DNA from: an uncultured Thermodesulfobacteriota bacterium
Lineage (GTDB): Bacteria > Desulfobacterota > DSWW01
Length of the DNA: 28,361 nt
Reading direction: 5' to 3'
Assembly: GCA_964609935.1 (NCBI GenBank)
Contig: CAZSUQ010000001.1
Span: forward strand, 1-28,361
Positions 17,301 through 25,547 of this stretch are shown here, piece by piece. A program made the translations under genes and the position numbers. The notes under the pieces are model-generated. The model worked only from the letters and a program-made list of their open reading frames with translations, did no database searches and had not been told where the DNA came from. Within the stretch, counting starts at the first letter, position 1; every line of letters begins with the position of its first letter.

Positions 17301-18115
17301 TTCATTTCATTACACAGCCGGCGGTGGCCGATGTGGACGGGGACGGCGCACCGGACATCCTGGACGGAAACTCCCACTACATGCTGCGCGCCTTTTCCGC
17401 CGACGGAAGGGAGCCGAAAGGCTGGCCCAAGTTCACGGGAGGATGGATCGTGGGGTGCCCTGCCGTGGCCGACCTGGATGCGGACGGCCTCCTGGAGGTG
17501 GCGCTGGGCACGCGGGAAGGGGACCTCTATGTGTGGGACACGGAAGGGGATGCGCTCCAGGAGCCCGGCTGGTGGGGCTTTCATCATGACAGACGGTCCA
17601 CGGGAAACCACCATGCCGACACGTGGCCTCCGGACTCCATCGAGGACCTGCGTGCGGAACCTGCAACGCAGGGAAAGTCGGAGGGCGTGCGCCTCACCTG
17701 GACCGCGGTGGGGGACAACGGGAGGCAGGGCAGGGCAGCCGCATACGAGATACGGGCCCTTTCGGGCCCCATCGATCCCTTCAACTGGACACAGGCAGAG
17801 AAAATCGACACGGCCCTGGAGCCGGGGGAGCCGGGGAGCAGGGAGGAGGTTTTTCTCGAAGGGTTTTCAGCAGCGTTTTATTTTGCTGTTCGCGCACTGG
17901 ATGCCGCAGGCAACCTTTCCGGCCTCCACCCGGGCGGCGCCCCGGGGGCTGAGCCCATGATTCAGGCCCAGGGCAATGAAGGGGGCTGCGGCTGCTCGGT
18001 CCTGCAGGGAGGCCCGGGGGCGAGTGCGTTTCAGCCTTTGGCGGGCGTTCTCCTCTACGGATTGCATTGTGATTTTCCCTCTGCTTTGAGAAGGCTGTAT
18101 CCTCATTTGCGGTAA
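14378..18115 (+). CDS. S8 (subtilisin-like) serine protease with FG-GAP repeats, an FN3-like domain and a GGCGC C-terminal motif
   Basis: Triad motifs NIDCG, HGTQTAS and GGTSNAAPHVSG; oxyanion AMGNE. Repeated (D/G)LDGDG..EIV blades. RLTWTAVGDNG..GRAAAYEIR. C-terminal GGCGCSV. Start is GTG 14378 (AGGAG RBS) or ATG 14471. Confidence 0.92.
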   Translation: MTRQKPGASTSFPRNLGSLLEAPFLVTVPAAMLLAICWLVLLFLPASLSAWVDEPDDPLFRHDPFEGVEEQWNLMSDGRGIAVTEAWKLTHGDPAVVVANIDCGINYRHEDLRNQMFLNAGELPLPRDAHGVPAGRYDFNEDGIFNVLDYEEDPGVEDLHDDGADVGDLLHAFSNGVDDDLNGYVDDLSGWDFFDNDNDIYDAGRYGHGTQTASVHSAETDNGKGMAGIAPLCRVMGLRIGDATHISHSRILGEAVIYAADNRAKVLSMSLGSMTNSPFLREAFRYATSKGVVSVAAMGNEHSFHHNVPATYEDVIGVGSVHPDTSGLPYPLFFPTSWVTRGSYSDYGGHIELAAPSWVIAARFPHGYQDHSGGTSNAAPHVSGVAALVFSEALARGLEPPMSPHEVRQVLRGTAEDITGTAYQCKEGFDQWTGYGRLRADRAVSAVAEMRIPPTARIRSPGWYRTMDPFRTPVVSIQGNTGAERATGYAFHIDWAPGVEPDEDAFQLVCSHSSVTHALGGKLCEWDIRDALEAVAHPTVLPNDPAVTLRLRVRDSFGVEAEDRRTLFIHHDVSWHHGFPKHLGASMEASLRVFDLDGDNRKEIILATSEGVVSVLREDGTRFGRVHGMDTCWPARLDPVEVLGPEEGHHGTAPAFLQGVVEVPSSPVVATPAVGDLEGDGLYEIVVAGTDGKVYVFGPDGSRRPGFPVSVNLEFALEDPWLEAGILSSPALADLDGNGTMEIVVSAMDQRVYAWHGDGTPTNGWPALARNPDSPIVDKIVSSVAVGDIDGRIEADGRMHPEVVVGTNELAGELPLMTGRIYALGYEGRIKEGWPVELFTPMGEMLPTVGKGVPMSPILVDLDKDGTLEIIAHPVMGAPVVLSGSGRIRFTLPSGFFGSGSDSRDAILLALPANSSLGDMNNDGTPELVMGGIGARIALAKLFEGQRFDFDHLLGCWDLKSRRYLEAFPRVTDGFHFITQPAVADVDGDGAPDILDGNSHYMLRAFSADGREPKGWPKFTGGWIVGCPAVADLDADGLLEVALGTREGDLYVWDTEGDALQEPGWWGFHHDRRSTGNHHADTWPPDSIEDLRAEPATQGKSEGVRLTWTAVGDNGRQGRAAAYEIRALSGPIDPFNWTQAEKIDTALEPGEPGSREEVFLEGFSAAFYFAVRALDAAGNLSGLHPGGAPGAEPMIQAQGNEGGCGCSVLQGGPGASAFQPLAGVLLYGLHCDFPSALRRLYPHLR

Positions 18116-18221
18116 CAGGGAGTAGAACGATTACTCGGACCTTGATCTCGTTCGAGCCCCAGCGATTTTCGCCGGATTTTTTTGCAACATCCAGGGTTAC
18201 TCTTTCTCCGGATCAAAGGTT

Positions 18222-19472
18222 ATGAAGAAGAACAAGCTCCTGTCCCTTTCTTTGCTGATTGTCCTGATGGGCGGGTGCTGGGCGTACGGATGCCGCAGTG
18301 ATGCAACAACCGATCATTTGGACGATTCCCCCTCACGTCCGGAGCCGCCCTACGACTGGGCAGACCCGGGGCTTGCACTTCGTCTCCAGGATGCACTCGA
18401 GGGTTGGGCCGAGTATTTTGGATTCCATGGTGCCTCGGCAGTCGTGCGGACCCCGGGATGGCTGGACTGGTCGGGCAGCACCGGCATGATAGACATCCAG
18501 GCGGGGGAGCCTTACGAAACCGATGCCCCCTGCCGTATCGCCAGTATCACGAAGCCGTTTACGTCCACCGTTATCCTCCAGCTGGTGGACGAGGGACTGC
18601 TTGCACTGGACAACACAACCCTGGCCGAGCTCGTACCGGGGTACCCGAACGGAGAGGACATCACCGTGGAACACCTTCTGCGACACCGCAGCGGGATTCC
18701 CGAGATCCACTCCGTTGATGCCGTCTTCCTGGCAGCGCTGGTCCTCAGGCCTGAGAGATGGGTAAGCCCCGGGGAGGTCCTGGAATGGACTTATCTGCCC
18801 ATTCCGATCTATCACCTCCGCTGGAGAACGTTCCTACCCAGGGAACCGCTGGCAATGCCGGGCGGAAACTTCCACTACTCGCAGTCAAACTACGTCGCAC
18901 TCGGCATCATCATCGAGGAGGTCACGGGCAAAGCACTTGCCGATGTGTTCGACGAACGTATTTTCGAGCCCCTTGGAATGACGGGAGCATACCTGCCGCG
19001 CCGCGGCGACCCCTTCGATCTTTGGGGATACACCAACCTGCTCGGCCTCCTCAATCAGAAGTTTCCGAGCAAATACCTGTGGAGATCCGAGAACTGGCTT
19101 AACAGTGCCGGCTGGTCTTCGGCAGCTATCGTCACCACGGCCAGCGAGTTGGTGGTCTTCCTGTCGGGATTGCTGGAAGGGCGGTTGCTCTCCCGTGAGG
19201 GGCTTTCGAACGCGACGGATTGGATGGAGATCGAGCCCGGCGATATCGTCACAGAGGGGGAACACGGCATGGGGCTGTTTCGACACCGGTACGACGGCTT
19301 CTGCACCGTCGGGCACACGGGTTCGCTGCCGGGCAGCCTGTCCATCATGCAGTACATCCCTGAACTCGATGTCTACATCGGTGCCGGTACGAACAATGAC
19401 CGCGTTAGGGGTGGGGGGCCAGGCCTGGTGGAACGGATCCGATGGGCGCTCCTGAATGAATACCCGGGCTGA
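18222..19472 (+). CDS. Serine hydrolase, beta-lactamase class C / D-Ala-D-Ala carboxypeptidase-like, exported
   Basis: RIASITK (SxxK), HLLRHRSGI, FHYSQSNY and GHTG. N-terminal signal contains GGC/YGC. Confidence 0.9.
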   Translation: MKKNKLLSLSLLIVLMGGCWAYGCRSDATTDHLDDSPSRPEPPYDWADPGLALRLQDALEGWAEYFGFHGASAVVRTPGWLDWSGSTGMIDIQAGEPYETDAPCRIASITKPFTSTVILQLVDEGLLALDNTTLAELVPGYPNGEDITVEHLLRHRSGIPEIHSVDAVFLAALVLRPERWVSPGEVLEWTYLPIPIYHLRWRTFLPREPLAMPGGNFHYSQSNYVALGIIIEEVTGKALADVFDERIFEPLGMTGAYLPRRGDPFDLWGYTNLLGLLNQKFPSKYLWRSENWLNSAGWSSAAIVTTASELVVFLSGLLEGRLLSREGLSNATDWMEIEPGDIVTEGEHGMGLFRHRYDGFCTVGHTGSLPGSLSIMQYIPELDVYIGAGTNNDRVRGGGPGLVERIRWALLNEYPG

Positions 19473-19567
19473 AACCTGAACAAGCTTTGACCCATCACCC
19501 TGTACAGGATCGAGCGGATGAGCCTTTGGCGTCTACCCTGCGAGACCCGTGTAAGATCGAGTCCCGG

Positions 19568-20143
19568 TCAGGATACCTCACTCACCGCCCTCTTCCCCAG
19601 TGAATACGCCTCCTGCTTTGCCTTGCCGTCCTTGTTCACCGCACCCTTTTCGGCTGCGGAAGCCAGAACGGCTCCCAGCCAGCTCATGCCGGTGAATTGA
19701 CTCGTCATTTTGAAGGAGTGGACCACCGGGTCCGCGATGGACACGTCGGGGGCTCCACACACCGTGATCACACCGATCTTCTTCCCTTCCATCTTGGGGA
19801 GGTGGTTTTCATGCCACCTCCATTCGGCATCGAAGAAGGCGCACCACCGGTCCAGGTAGGCCTTCATCTGTGCGGTCATGGAAAAGAAGTAGACCGGGAC
19901 GCTGTGGATGATCGCATCCGCCTGGAGGATCTTCCCGTGAATCTCCTGCATGTCGTCATCGATCACGCACGAGCCCGTCTCGATGCATTGCTTGCAGTCC
20001 ATGCATCCGGAAATCTTCTTCCGAACGAGAGTTATCTTTTCCACCTCGGCACCGGACTCCCGTGCGCCCGACAGGGCCTGATCCAGGAGGATGTCGCTGT
20101 TCCCTTTGATCCTGGGACTTCCGAGTACACCCAAAACTTTCAT
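19568..20143 (-). CDS. Flavodoxin-fold iron-sulfur flavoprotein (Isf / NADPH-dependent FMN reductase family)
   Basis: MKVLGVLGSPRIKGNS, CMDCKQCIETGSC (CX2CX2CX5C) and PVYFFSMTAQMKAYLDR. GGGAG precedes ATG 20143. Confidence 0.9.
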   Translation of the reverse strand: MKVLGVLGSPRIKGNSDILLDQALSGARESGAEVEKITLVRKKISGCMDCKQCIETGSCVIDDDMQEIHGKILQADAIIHSVPVYFFSMTAQMKAYLDRWCAFFDAEWRWHENHLPKMEGKKIGVITVCGAPDVSIADPVVHSFKMTSQFTGMSWLGAVLASAAEKGAVNKDGKAKQEAYSLGKRAVSEVS

Positions 20144-20174
20144 GACCGTGTCTCCCATTCCATAGGGTCTGATC

Positions 20175-20795
20175 CTAAAGGCCGCCCAGGGTCTCTTTGA
20201 ATGCCCGGACCACCTCGGGCAGATTCCCGGCGGACATGATGGCTGAAATCACACCGACCCCGGCCGCGCCCTTCTCTATGCACACGCCCGCATTCCCAGG
20301 TGTGATGCCTCCCACTGCGAGAACCGGGATCCCCACAGCCTCGGCAACCTCGGACAGTGCATCGAGCCCCTTTGGGGCGCCGTACCTTCTTTTTGAAGGT
20401 GTGTCGAAAACGGGTCCGAAAAGGAGGAAGGAGGCCCCTTGTGCTTCCGCCTCTCTTGCACGCTCCAGGGAATGTGCACTCGCCCCCACAAGGGTCGAAG
20501 GAGAAAGCCGGCGAGCCGCATCCACCGGCAGGCCGCTCTCCGTGCAGTGAACGCCGTCCGCACCCACGGCAAGAGCGATGTCTGCCCGGTCATTGATCAG
20601 GAGCCTGGCCCCTGCCTGCCGGGTCAGCTCCCTCACCGTGGTTGCCTGATCGTAGAGGGCCCGTCCGGGGAGGTCCTTTTCTCGAAGCTGCACCGCACGA
20701 ACACCTTCCCCGCATGCATCCTTCACGATTCTCTCGAGAGGCAGGGGGCTGCACAGGGTTCTGTCGGTGATGAGATAAAGCCTGAAATCGATCAT
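20175..20795 (-). CDS. thiE: Thiamine-phosphate synthase (ThiE/TenI family)
   Basis: LYLITDR, VQLREK, INDRADIA, GVH, GASAHS, FGPVFDTPSK and AVGGIT. FGPVF (not TenI FGHVF) favours ThiE. The start is uncertain (20795 or 20819). Confidence 0.8.
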   Translation of the reverse strand: MIDFRLYLITDRTLCSPLPLERIVKDACGEGVRAVQLREKDLPGRALYDQATTVRELTRQAGARLLINDRADIALAVGADGVHCTESGLPVDAARRLSPSTLVGASAHSLERAREAEAQGASFLLFGPVFDTPSKRRYGAPKGLDALSEVAEAVGIPVLAVGGITPGNAGVCIEKGAAGVGVISAIMSAGNLPEVVRAFKETLGGL

Positions 20796-20841
20796 CCTGA
20801 GAATCTGCCAAGAGCCCAAAGATTAGGGGACAACCTCGTGA

Positions 20842-21627
20842 TCAACGATCCGGCCCCTTGCCGATGATCCCCTCCAGCGGGCTCGATGCCGTGGCATAGA
20901 GCTTGCGCGGGATGCGGCCGGCCCGGGAGGCAAGCCGTCCGGCCTCCACGGCGAGACGCATGGCGCGCGCCATCTCCACCGGGTGCTTGGCCTGGGCCAC
21001 GGCGGTGTTGAGGAGGATGGCGTCGAACCCGAGTTCCATGGCGATGGCCGCGTCCGATGCGGTCCCCACGCCGGCATCCACCACGAGGGGGATATCGATC
21101 AATTCCCGGATGATCATCAGGTTGTAGGGGTTCCGGATTCCCATGCCCGAGCCGATGGGCGCGCCGAGAGGCATGACCGCAGCGCATCCCATGTCAGCGA
21201 GTTTCCTGCACGTGATCGGGTCATCGTTGCTGTAGGGCATGACCACGAATCCTTCCTTGAGAAGCTCCTGGGCGGCCTTCAGCAGCTCAGGGATGTCCGG
21301 GAAGAGGGTCTCGTCGTCACCGATCACCTCGAGCTTGACCCAGTGGGTCCCGAGCGCCTCTCTGGCAAGATGCGCGGTGAGCACGGCCTCCTTTGCGGTA
21401 TAGCAGCCGGCCGTGTTCGGCAGGATCGCGTACTTCTTCCGGTCAATGAGATTGAGGACGCTCTCCTCGTCCTGGTCTTCGAGATTGACCCTCCGGATCG
21501 CCACCGTGACCAGTTCCGTGCCGCTCGCCTCCAGCGCGTCCAACATGATCTGGGGGTTCGGGTAGCGGGAGGATCCCATGATCAACCTTGATGTAAATGT
21601 TCGGTCCGCAATCTTCAGCTCGTCCAT
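20842..21627 (-). CDS. thiG: Thiazole synthase
   Basis: [35 protein letters not shown] and LLNTA. Start chosen at MDELK (GGAG RBS); an alternative ATG is at 21666. Confidence 0.97.
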   Translation of the reverse strand: MDELKIADRTFTSRLIMGSSRYPNPQIMLDALEASGTELVTVAIRRVNLEDQDEESVLNLIDRKKYAILPNTAGCYTAKEAVLTAHLAREALGTHWVKLEVIGDDETLFPDIPELLKAAQELLKEGFVVMPYSNDDPITCRKLADMGCAAVMPLGAPIGSGMGIRNPYNLMIIRELIDIPLVVDAGVGTASDAAIAMELGFDAILLNTAVAQAKHPVEMARAMRLAVEAGRLASRAGRIPRKLYATASSPLEGIIGKGPDR

Positions 21628-21687
21628 CCCTTTCAGCTCCGTTTTTCCGGCTACAGTGTTCTCCATGGATGTGGATTCCGCAACAGG

Positions 21688-21894
21688 CTAGCCACCTTGC
21701 ACAGCCCGGATGATCTCGAGCCTGTCCCCTTCCCGGAGTTCCCTTTCTTCCCACTTGTCTCTGGGAACCACTGCATCGTTCACCGCCACGGCGATGCCCT
21801 GCAGGGGCGCCGACTCCATCATCTGCTCGAGCAGTTGCTTGAGGGTGGCCCCGGCTTCCACCTCGGTATCCTTGCCGTTTACCAGCAAACGCAT
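21688..21894 (-). CDS. thiS: Sulfur carrier protein
   Basis: MRLLVNG...IAVAVNDAVVPR...LREGDRLEIIRAVQGG with a C-terminal GG. GGAG precedes ATG 21894. Confidence 0.95.
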   Translation of the reverse strand: MRLLVNGKDTEVEAGATLKQLLEQMMESAPLQGIAVAVNDAVVPRDKWEERELREGDRLEIIRAVQGG

Positions 21895-21969
21895 CTCGAA
21901 TCTCCGGGTCAATCCATAAGGTGATTCCACACGGGTGTTCCGGTCCTGTGGCAGCCCACCCATGGGATT

Positions 21970-23136
21970 CTACCAGTTTATGGAACGTTTTTCAGCGGGA
22001 AGGAACCGGGTGGGTTTGAAGGGCTCGAAAAACCCGGAGGAGGCGTCTTCAAGGATCAGACCGGAGATTTCATCGGCCGTGGCCGGTGCAAGCAGGATCC
22101 CGTGGCGATAGTGCCCGGTGGCGTAATAGAGACCCTGGATCGGGCTCTTTCCCACAATGGGGTTGTGGTCCCGGCTTCCGGGTCGAAGCCCGGCCAGGAT
22201 CTCTCGGATGGGCAGGTCGTATATGCCCGGCATGGCTTCCCATCCCCTTTCAAGGAGCCGAAAGATCGGGCCGGCGGTGATCGTCGTGTCAAACCCCATC
22301 TCTTCTTCCGAGGCCCCCAGGATGACACGGCCGTCCCCCTTTGGCAGGAGGTAGGCATCCGGGGCCCGGACCACATGGGAAAACGTGTACTCCTCGATCT
22401 CTTCCAGGGTGATGATCTGCCCTTTGACAGGGCGGACAGGAGGCAGCAGTTCCCTGGGTATGCCTTCGATGCCTTTGGACCAGCAGCCTGCGGCGATCAC
22501 CACACGGTGGGCTTCCACATCGCCGTCCTCTGTCCGGAGCCCCTGCACCTGTTCATTGTCTACGTGAACCCTGGAGACCGGGCATCCCTCGTTCAGCGTT
22601 CCGCCGCGCTTCTGGAATGCGGCCTTGAGCAGCTCCACGAGCCTTCGGTTGTCCACCTGGTGGTCATCCGGTATCCAGATCGCGGAGCTGGCCCTTGGCG
22701 ATATGAAAGGCTCGATCTCGCGGGCCTCGGTCCCTGTGAGCCATTTTACCGGGAGGCCCAGGTCCTCCCTGAACACATGAAGCCTTCGGAGCCGTTCGGC
22801 ATCGTCCCTGTCGAGGCCGATGATCAGCGTTCCCCGGGTATCCAGTGCGATCTCGTCGCCCGCATCCTCTGCGAGCTCCTTGAGGAAGCCGGGAAAAAGG
22901 CGGAGGCTCTCCCGGCCCAGGGCCAGAAACTCCAGTTCCTCGAAACCAACCTCCGAAAGGGGGGCGAGCATGCCTGCCGCGATCCAGCTGGCCCCCTGTC
23001 CGACCCTGTCCTTCTCATACAGGGAAACGGCCGCACCCTTGCGGGCGAGCCGCCACCCTGTGGCAAGCCCGATCACCCCGCCACCCACGATGGCAACAGG
23101 TGTCTGAGGGCTGTTTTTCCGGTTGTTTGCCGCCAT
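21970..23136 (-). CDS. thiO: Glycine oxidase
   Basis: IVGGGVIGL FAD motif, ASWIAAGMLAP, PVKGQI, GLRP and ATGHYRHGILLAP. Directly upstream of thiS-thiG. Confidence 0.92.
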   Translation of the reverse strand: MAANNRKNSPQTPVAIVGGGVIGLATGWRLARKGAAVSLYEKDRVGQGASWIAAGMLAPLSEVGFEELEFLALGRESLRLFPGFLKELAEDAGDEIALDTRGTLIIGLDRDDAERLRRLHVFREDLGLPVKWLTGTEAREIEPFISPRASSAIWIPDDHQVDNRRLVELLKAAFQKRGGTLNEGCPVSRVHVDNEQVQGLRTEDGDVEAHRVVIAAGCWSKGIEGIPRELLPPVRPVKGQIITLEEIEEYTFSHVVRAPDAYLLPKGDGRVILGASEEEMGFDTTITAGPIFRLLERGWEAMPGIYDLPIREILAGLRPGSRDHNPIVGKSPIQGLYYATGHYRHGILLAPATADEISGLILEDASSGFFEPFKPTRFLPAEKRSINW

Positions 23137-23161
23137 GAAGGACCCCTTTCCCGAAGAAAGG

Positions 23162-23191
23162 ACAATAGGGGAACCGCTGTCTGCTTGTCAA
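23162..23191 (-). promoter_or_regulatory. Possible sigma70 promoter for the thi operon
   Basis: Minus strand TTGACA (23191-23186), 18-nt spacer, TATTGT (23167-23162). This implies a leader of only about 20 nt. Confidence 0.5.
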
Positions 23192-23340
23192 CAAACCCGG
23201 CCGGTCATTTCCCCTGGAAAGGCATCAAAGAGGATAGAAGGCAGGACGCCCGGAGATATCGTTCCGGATGAAATGAGATAGATGTTCCCGGAAGAGAATT
23301 CGTGTGATCCCTTGAACAAACCCGACGGTTTGACGACAGG

Positions 23341-24537
23341 TTATCCCTGCTGGTCCTCTCCGGCCAGCTGGAGAGCTTTTTCGGAGAGTTCCCGCCCGGC
23401 GTCGCGGCACTCGTCCAGGATCTCCTTTGTGGGGGCGAACTGCACCTCAATGGGATCACGGGAAAGCGCGAATTTCATGTCCTTCAGGTAGCCTTCGATG
23501 TCGCGGCAGGCCCCCTTGGACCATCCGTACGACCCAAAGGAGAATCCGGCCTTTCCGCTTGGCTTGAACCCTTTGAGGTAGGCCAGCAGCGCAGCGAGCT
23601 GGGGCATGAGGGTCTGGTTGAGGGTTGCAGACCCGAATGCGATGGCTGCAGAGTCCAGGACCTCGGTGGCCAGGTTCGTCAGGTCGTTGTTGCGCACGAA
23701 GAAGAGCTTTACGTCGACCCCTGGAATCATCGCACCCTCCAGGACCGCACTGGCCATCTTCTCGGTGCTGTGCCACATGGTATCGTAGATGATCAGGACC
23801 TTTGCCTTCCGTCGGCCCTTCACCCAGTCCTGGTAAGCGCTCACGATCTTGTCCACATGGGTCCGCCAGATCACACCGTGACTCGGGGCGATGATGTCAA
23901 TATCGATTTTGCTAGCCGTGTCCAGCGCTTTCTGGCCCGGCGCCCGGTAGAGCATCACGATATTCGCAAAATAGGCTTTCGCCTCTGCCATGATCACATC
24001 CAGGGATTCCTGGTCGTCGAAGCGGCCTCCCGAGGCATAATGCTGCCCAAAAACGTCCATGGAGAACAGGAGCTTTTCCTCTTTTACATAGGTCATCATG
24101 GATTCCGGCCAGTGCACCATGGGTGTGTTGACAAAGGTCAGGGTCCTTTTCCCGAGTGAAAGGGTCTCCCCGTCCTTGACGATCTGAACGTTCCATCCCT
24201 CGGTGTCATAATACATGCCCAGGTACTTCAGGCACTTGTCGTTGCAGACGAGGACTGCGTTGGGGCAGGCTTTCATGACCTCGGGAAGCGCGCCCGAATG
24301 GTCCGGCTCCGCGTGGTTGCAAACGATGTAATCGATCTTGGAAAGGTCTGTCCGCGACTGGATGTTCTGCAGGAGGTTCTGCGCAAAAGGCCTCTTCACC
24401 GTGTCGATCAGCGCCGTCTTCTCGTCCTGAACGAGATAGGCGTTGTAGGTTGACCCTCGATCCGTTTTGTAACTGTGAAAATCTCGAACGTTCCAATCCA
24501 CAAAACCTATCCAGTCGATTCCTTCGCAGAGTTGCAT
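23341..24537 (-). CDS. fprA: Flavodiiron protein (A-type flavoprotein; O2/NO reductase family)
   Basis: YNAYL, NHAEPDHSG, HWPESM, SMDVFGQH and PSHG, plus a C-terminal flavodoxin domain (YDTMWHSTE, FGSYGWS). AAGGAG RBS. Confidence 0.95.
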   Translation of the reverse strand: MQLCEGIDWIGFVDWNVRDFHSYKTDRGSTYNAYLVQDEKTALIDTVKRPFAQNLLQNIQSRTDLSKIDYIVCNHAEPDHSGALPEVMKACPNAVLVCNDKCLKYLGMYYDTEGWNVQIVKDGETLSLGKRTLTFVNTPMVHWPESMMTYVKEEKLLFSMDVFGQHYASGGRFDDQESLDVIMAEAKAYFANIVMLYRAPGQKALDTASKIDIDIIAPSHGVIWRTHVDKIVSAYQDWVKGRRKAKVLIIYDTMWHSTEKMASAVLEGAMIPGVDVKLFFVRNNDLTNLATEVLDSAAIAFGSATLNQTLMPQLAALLAYLKGFKPSGKAGFSFGSYGWSKGACRDIEGYLKDMKFALSRDPIEVQFAPTKEILDECRDAGRELSEKALQLAGEDQQG

Positions 24538-24791
24538 GTGCCTAGCTCCTTCGTTTCAAGTGTGATCTGTCAAATCCCCTGAATCATTACATTCCGACAC
24601 ACATGTTTCATGATAAAGAAGCAGCCCGGGTCTCGGTGCCGCTGTATTCCCGGAAGCCGGGAGGAAGGGGGTTCAAGTTGAATGACCAGGAATTTAGGTG
24701 AAGGTTCGAGTCAGAGTCAAGGGGTGCCCTGCGGCACCTGGTTAAAACATTGGATGCGCCTGCCCCTTCTTTTGTTCCACAACCCCGGTGG

Positions 24792-25472
24792 CTACCTGAG
24801 TGCCGGATCTCGATAAAAACGCTTGAGCCTGGAAGGAGGAACACCAAGGTGGTACAGGAAGACGAGAATCGTGTTCCGTATCTGCTGCCTTGCCACGCCG
24901 TGGGTGATGAACCTCCTTGCCGCGCTCACCACCGGGGTGCGGATCTTGAGAAACCCGCCCATGTTTCTGAGCCGCTGCTGGATTTCAATGTCCTCCATGA
25001 TCGGGATGTCCCTGAAGCCCCCGATACGCTCGAAGGTTCGCCGGCGCACGAACAGCCCCTGGTCGCCGTAGGTGAAAAGCATGTGATTGATCCGGCTGAA
25101 GAAACAGATGGCGCGAAGCAGGGGGGTCTGCCGGTCAAACCCCAGACAAAAACTCCCCCCGATGATTTCTCCGGATGAGAATGCCGAACGGATCAGTTCC
25201 AAACCGTTGGGCGGCAGGCGGGTGTCCGCGTGCAGGAAGAGGAGGATTTCCCCCTTTGCTAGCACGGCTCCGGCGTTCATCTGACTGGCTCGTCCCCTTG
25301 CTCCCTCCACACACCTCACCGCAGGGAACCCCTTCACGATCTCCAGGGTCCCGTCTTCGCTTCCCCCATCAGACACAACGACCTCGAAACCGCCTTGCTG
25401 TTCCATCAAGGCGTTGAGAGAGGAGGCGATGAAGTCGGCCTCATTCAGGCTTGGAATGATAATGGAAATCAT
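24792..25472 (-). CDS. GT2 glycosyltransferase, TIGR04283-type (arsenosugar / rSAM-selenodomain-associated family)
   Basis: ISIIIPSLNEA, SDGGSEDGT, GRASQMNAGA, LLFLHADTRLP, YGDQGLF and IMED. The family is assigned from recognised motifs; no HMM was run. Confidence 0.8.
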   Translation of the reverse strand: MISIIIPSLNEADFIASSLNALMEQQGGFEVVVSDGGSEDGTLEIVKGFPAVRCVEGARGRASQMNAGAVLAKGEILLFLHADTRLPPNGLELIRSAFSSGEIIGGSFCLGFDRQTPLLRAICFFSRINHMLFTYGDQGLFVRRRTFERIGGFRDIPIMEDIEIQQRLRNMGGFLKIRTPVVSAARRFITHGVARQQIRNTILVFLYHLGVPPSRLKRFYRDPALR

Positions 25473-25547
25473 TTCGAATCACGATAATCGGCTCTGTTCG
25501 TTGTTCCGTATCGAGCCCTTGTATGATGAAGGCCTTCCTGTCCCGGC

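Noticed and set aside
24561-24574. TGTGA-N4-TCAAA upstream of fprA as a CRP/FNR/HcpR site
   Set aside because: The TGA-TCA spacing is 4 nt, not the 6 nt required by CRP/FNR-family sites.
24690-24740. tRNA T-loop-like GGTTCGAGTC (24703-24712), considered as a possible selC
   Set aside because: The flanks do not pair into a T-stem, and no acceptor or anticodon arms can be built.
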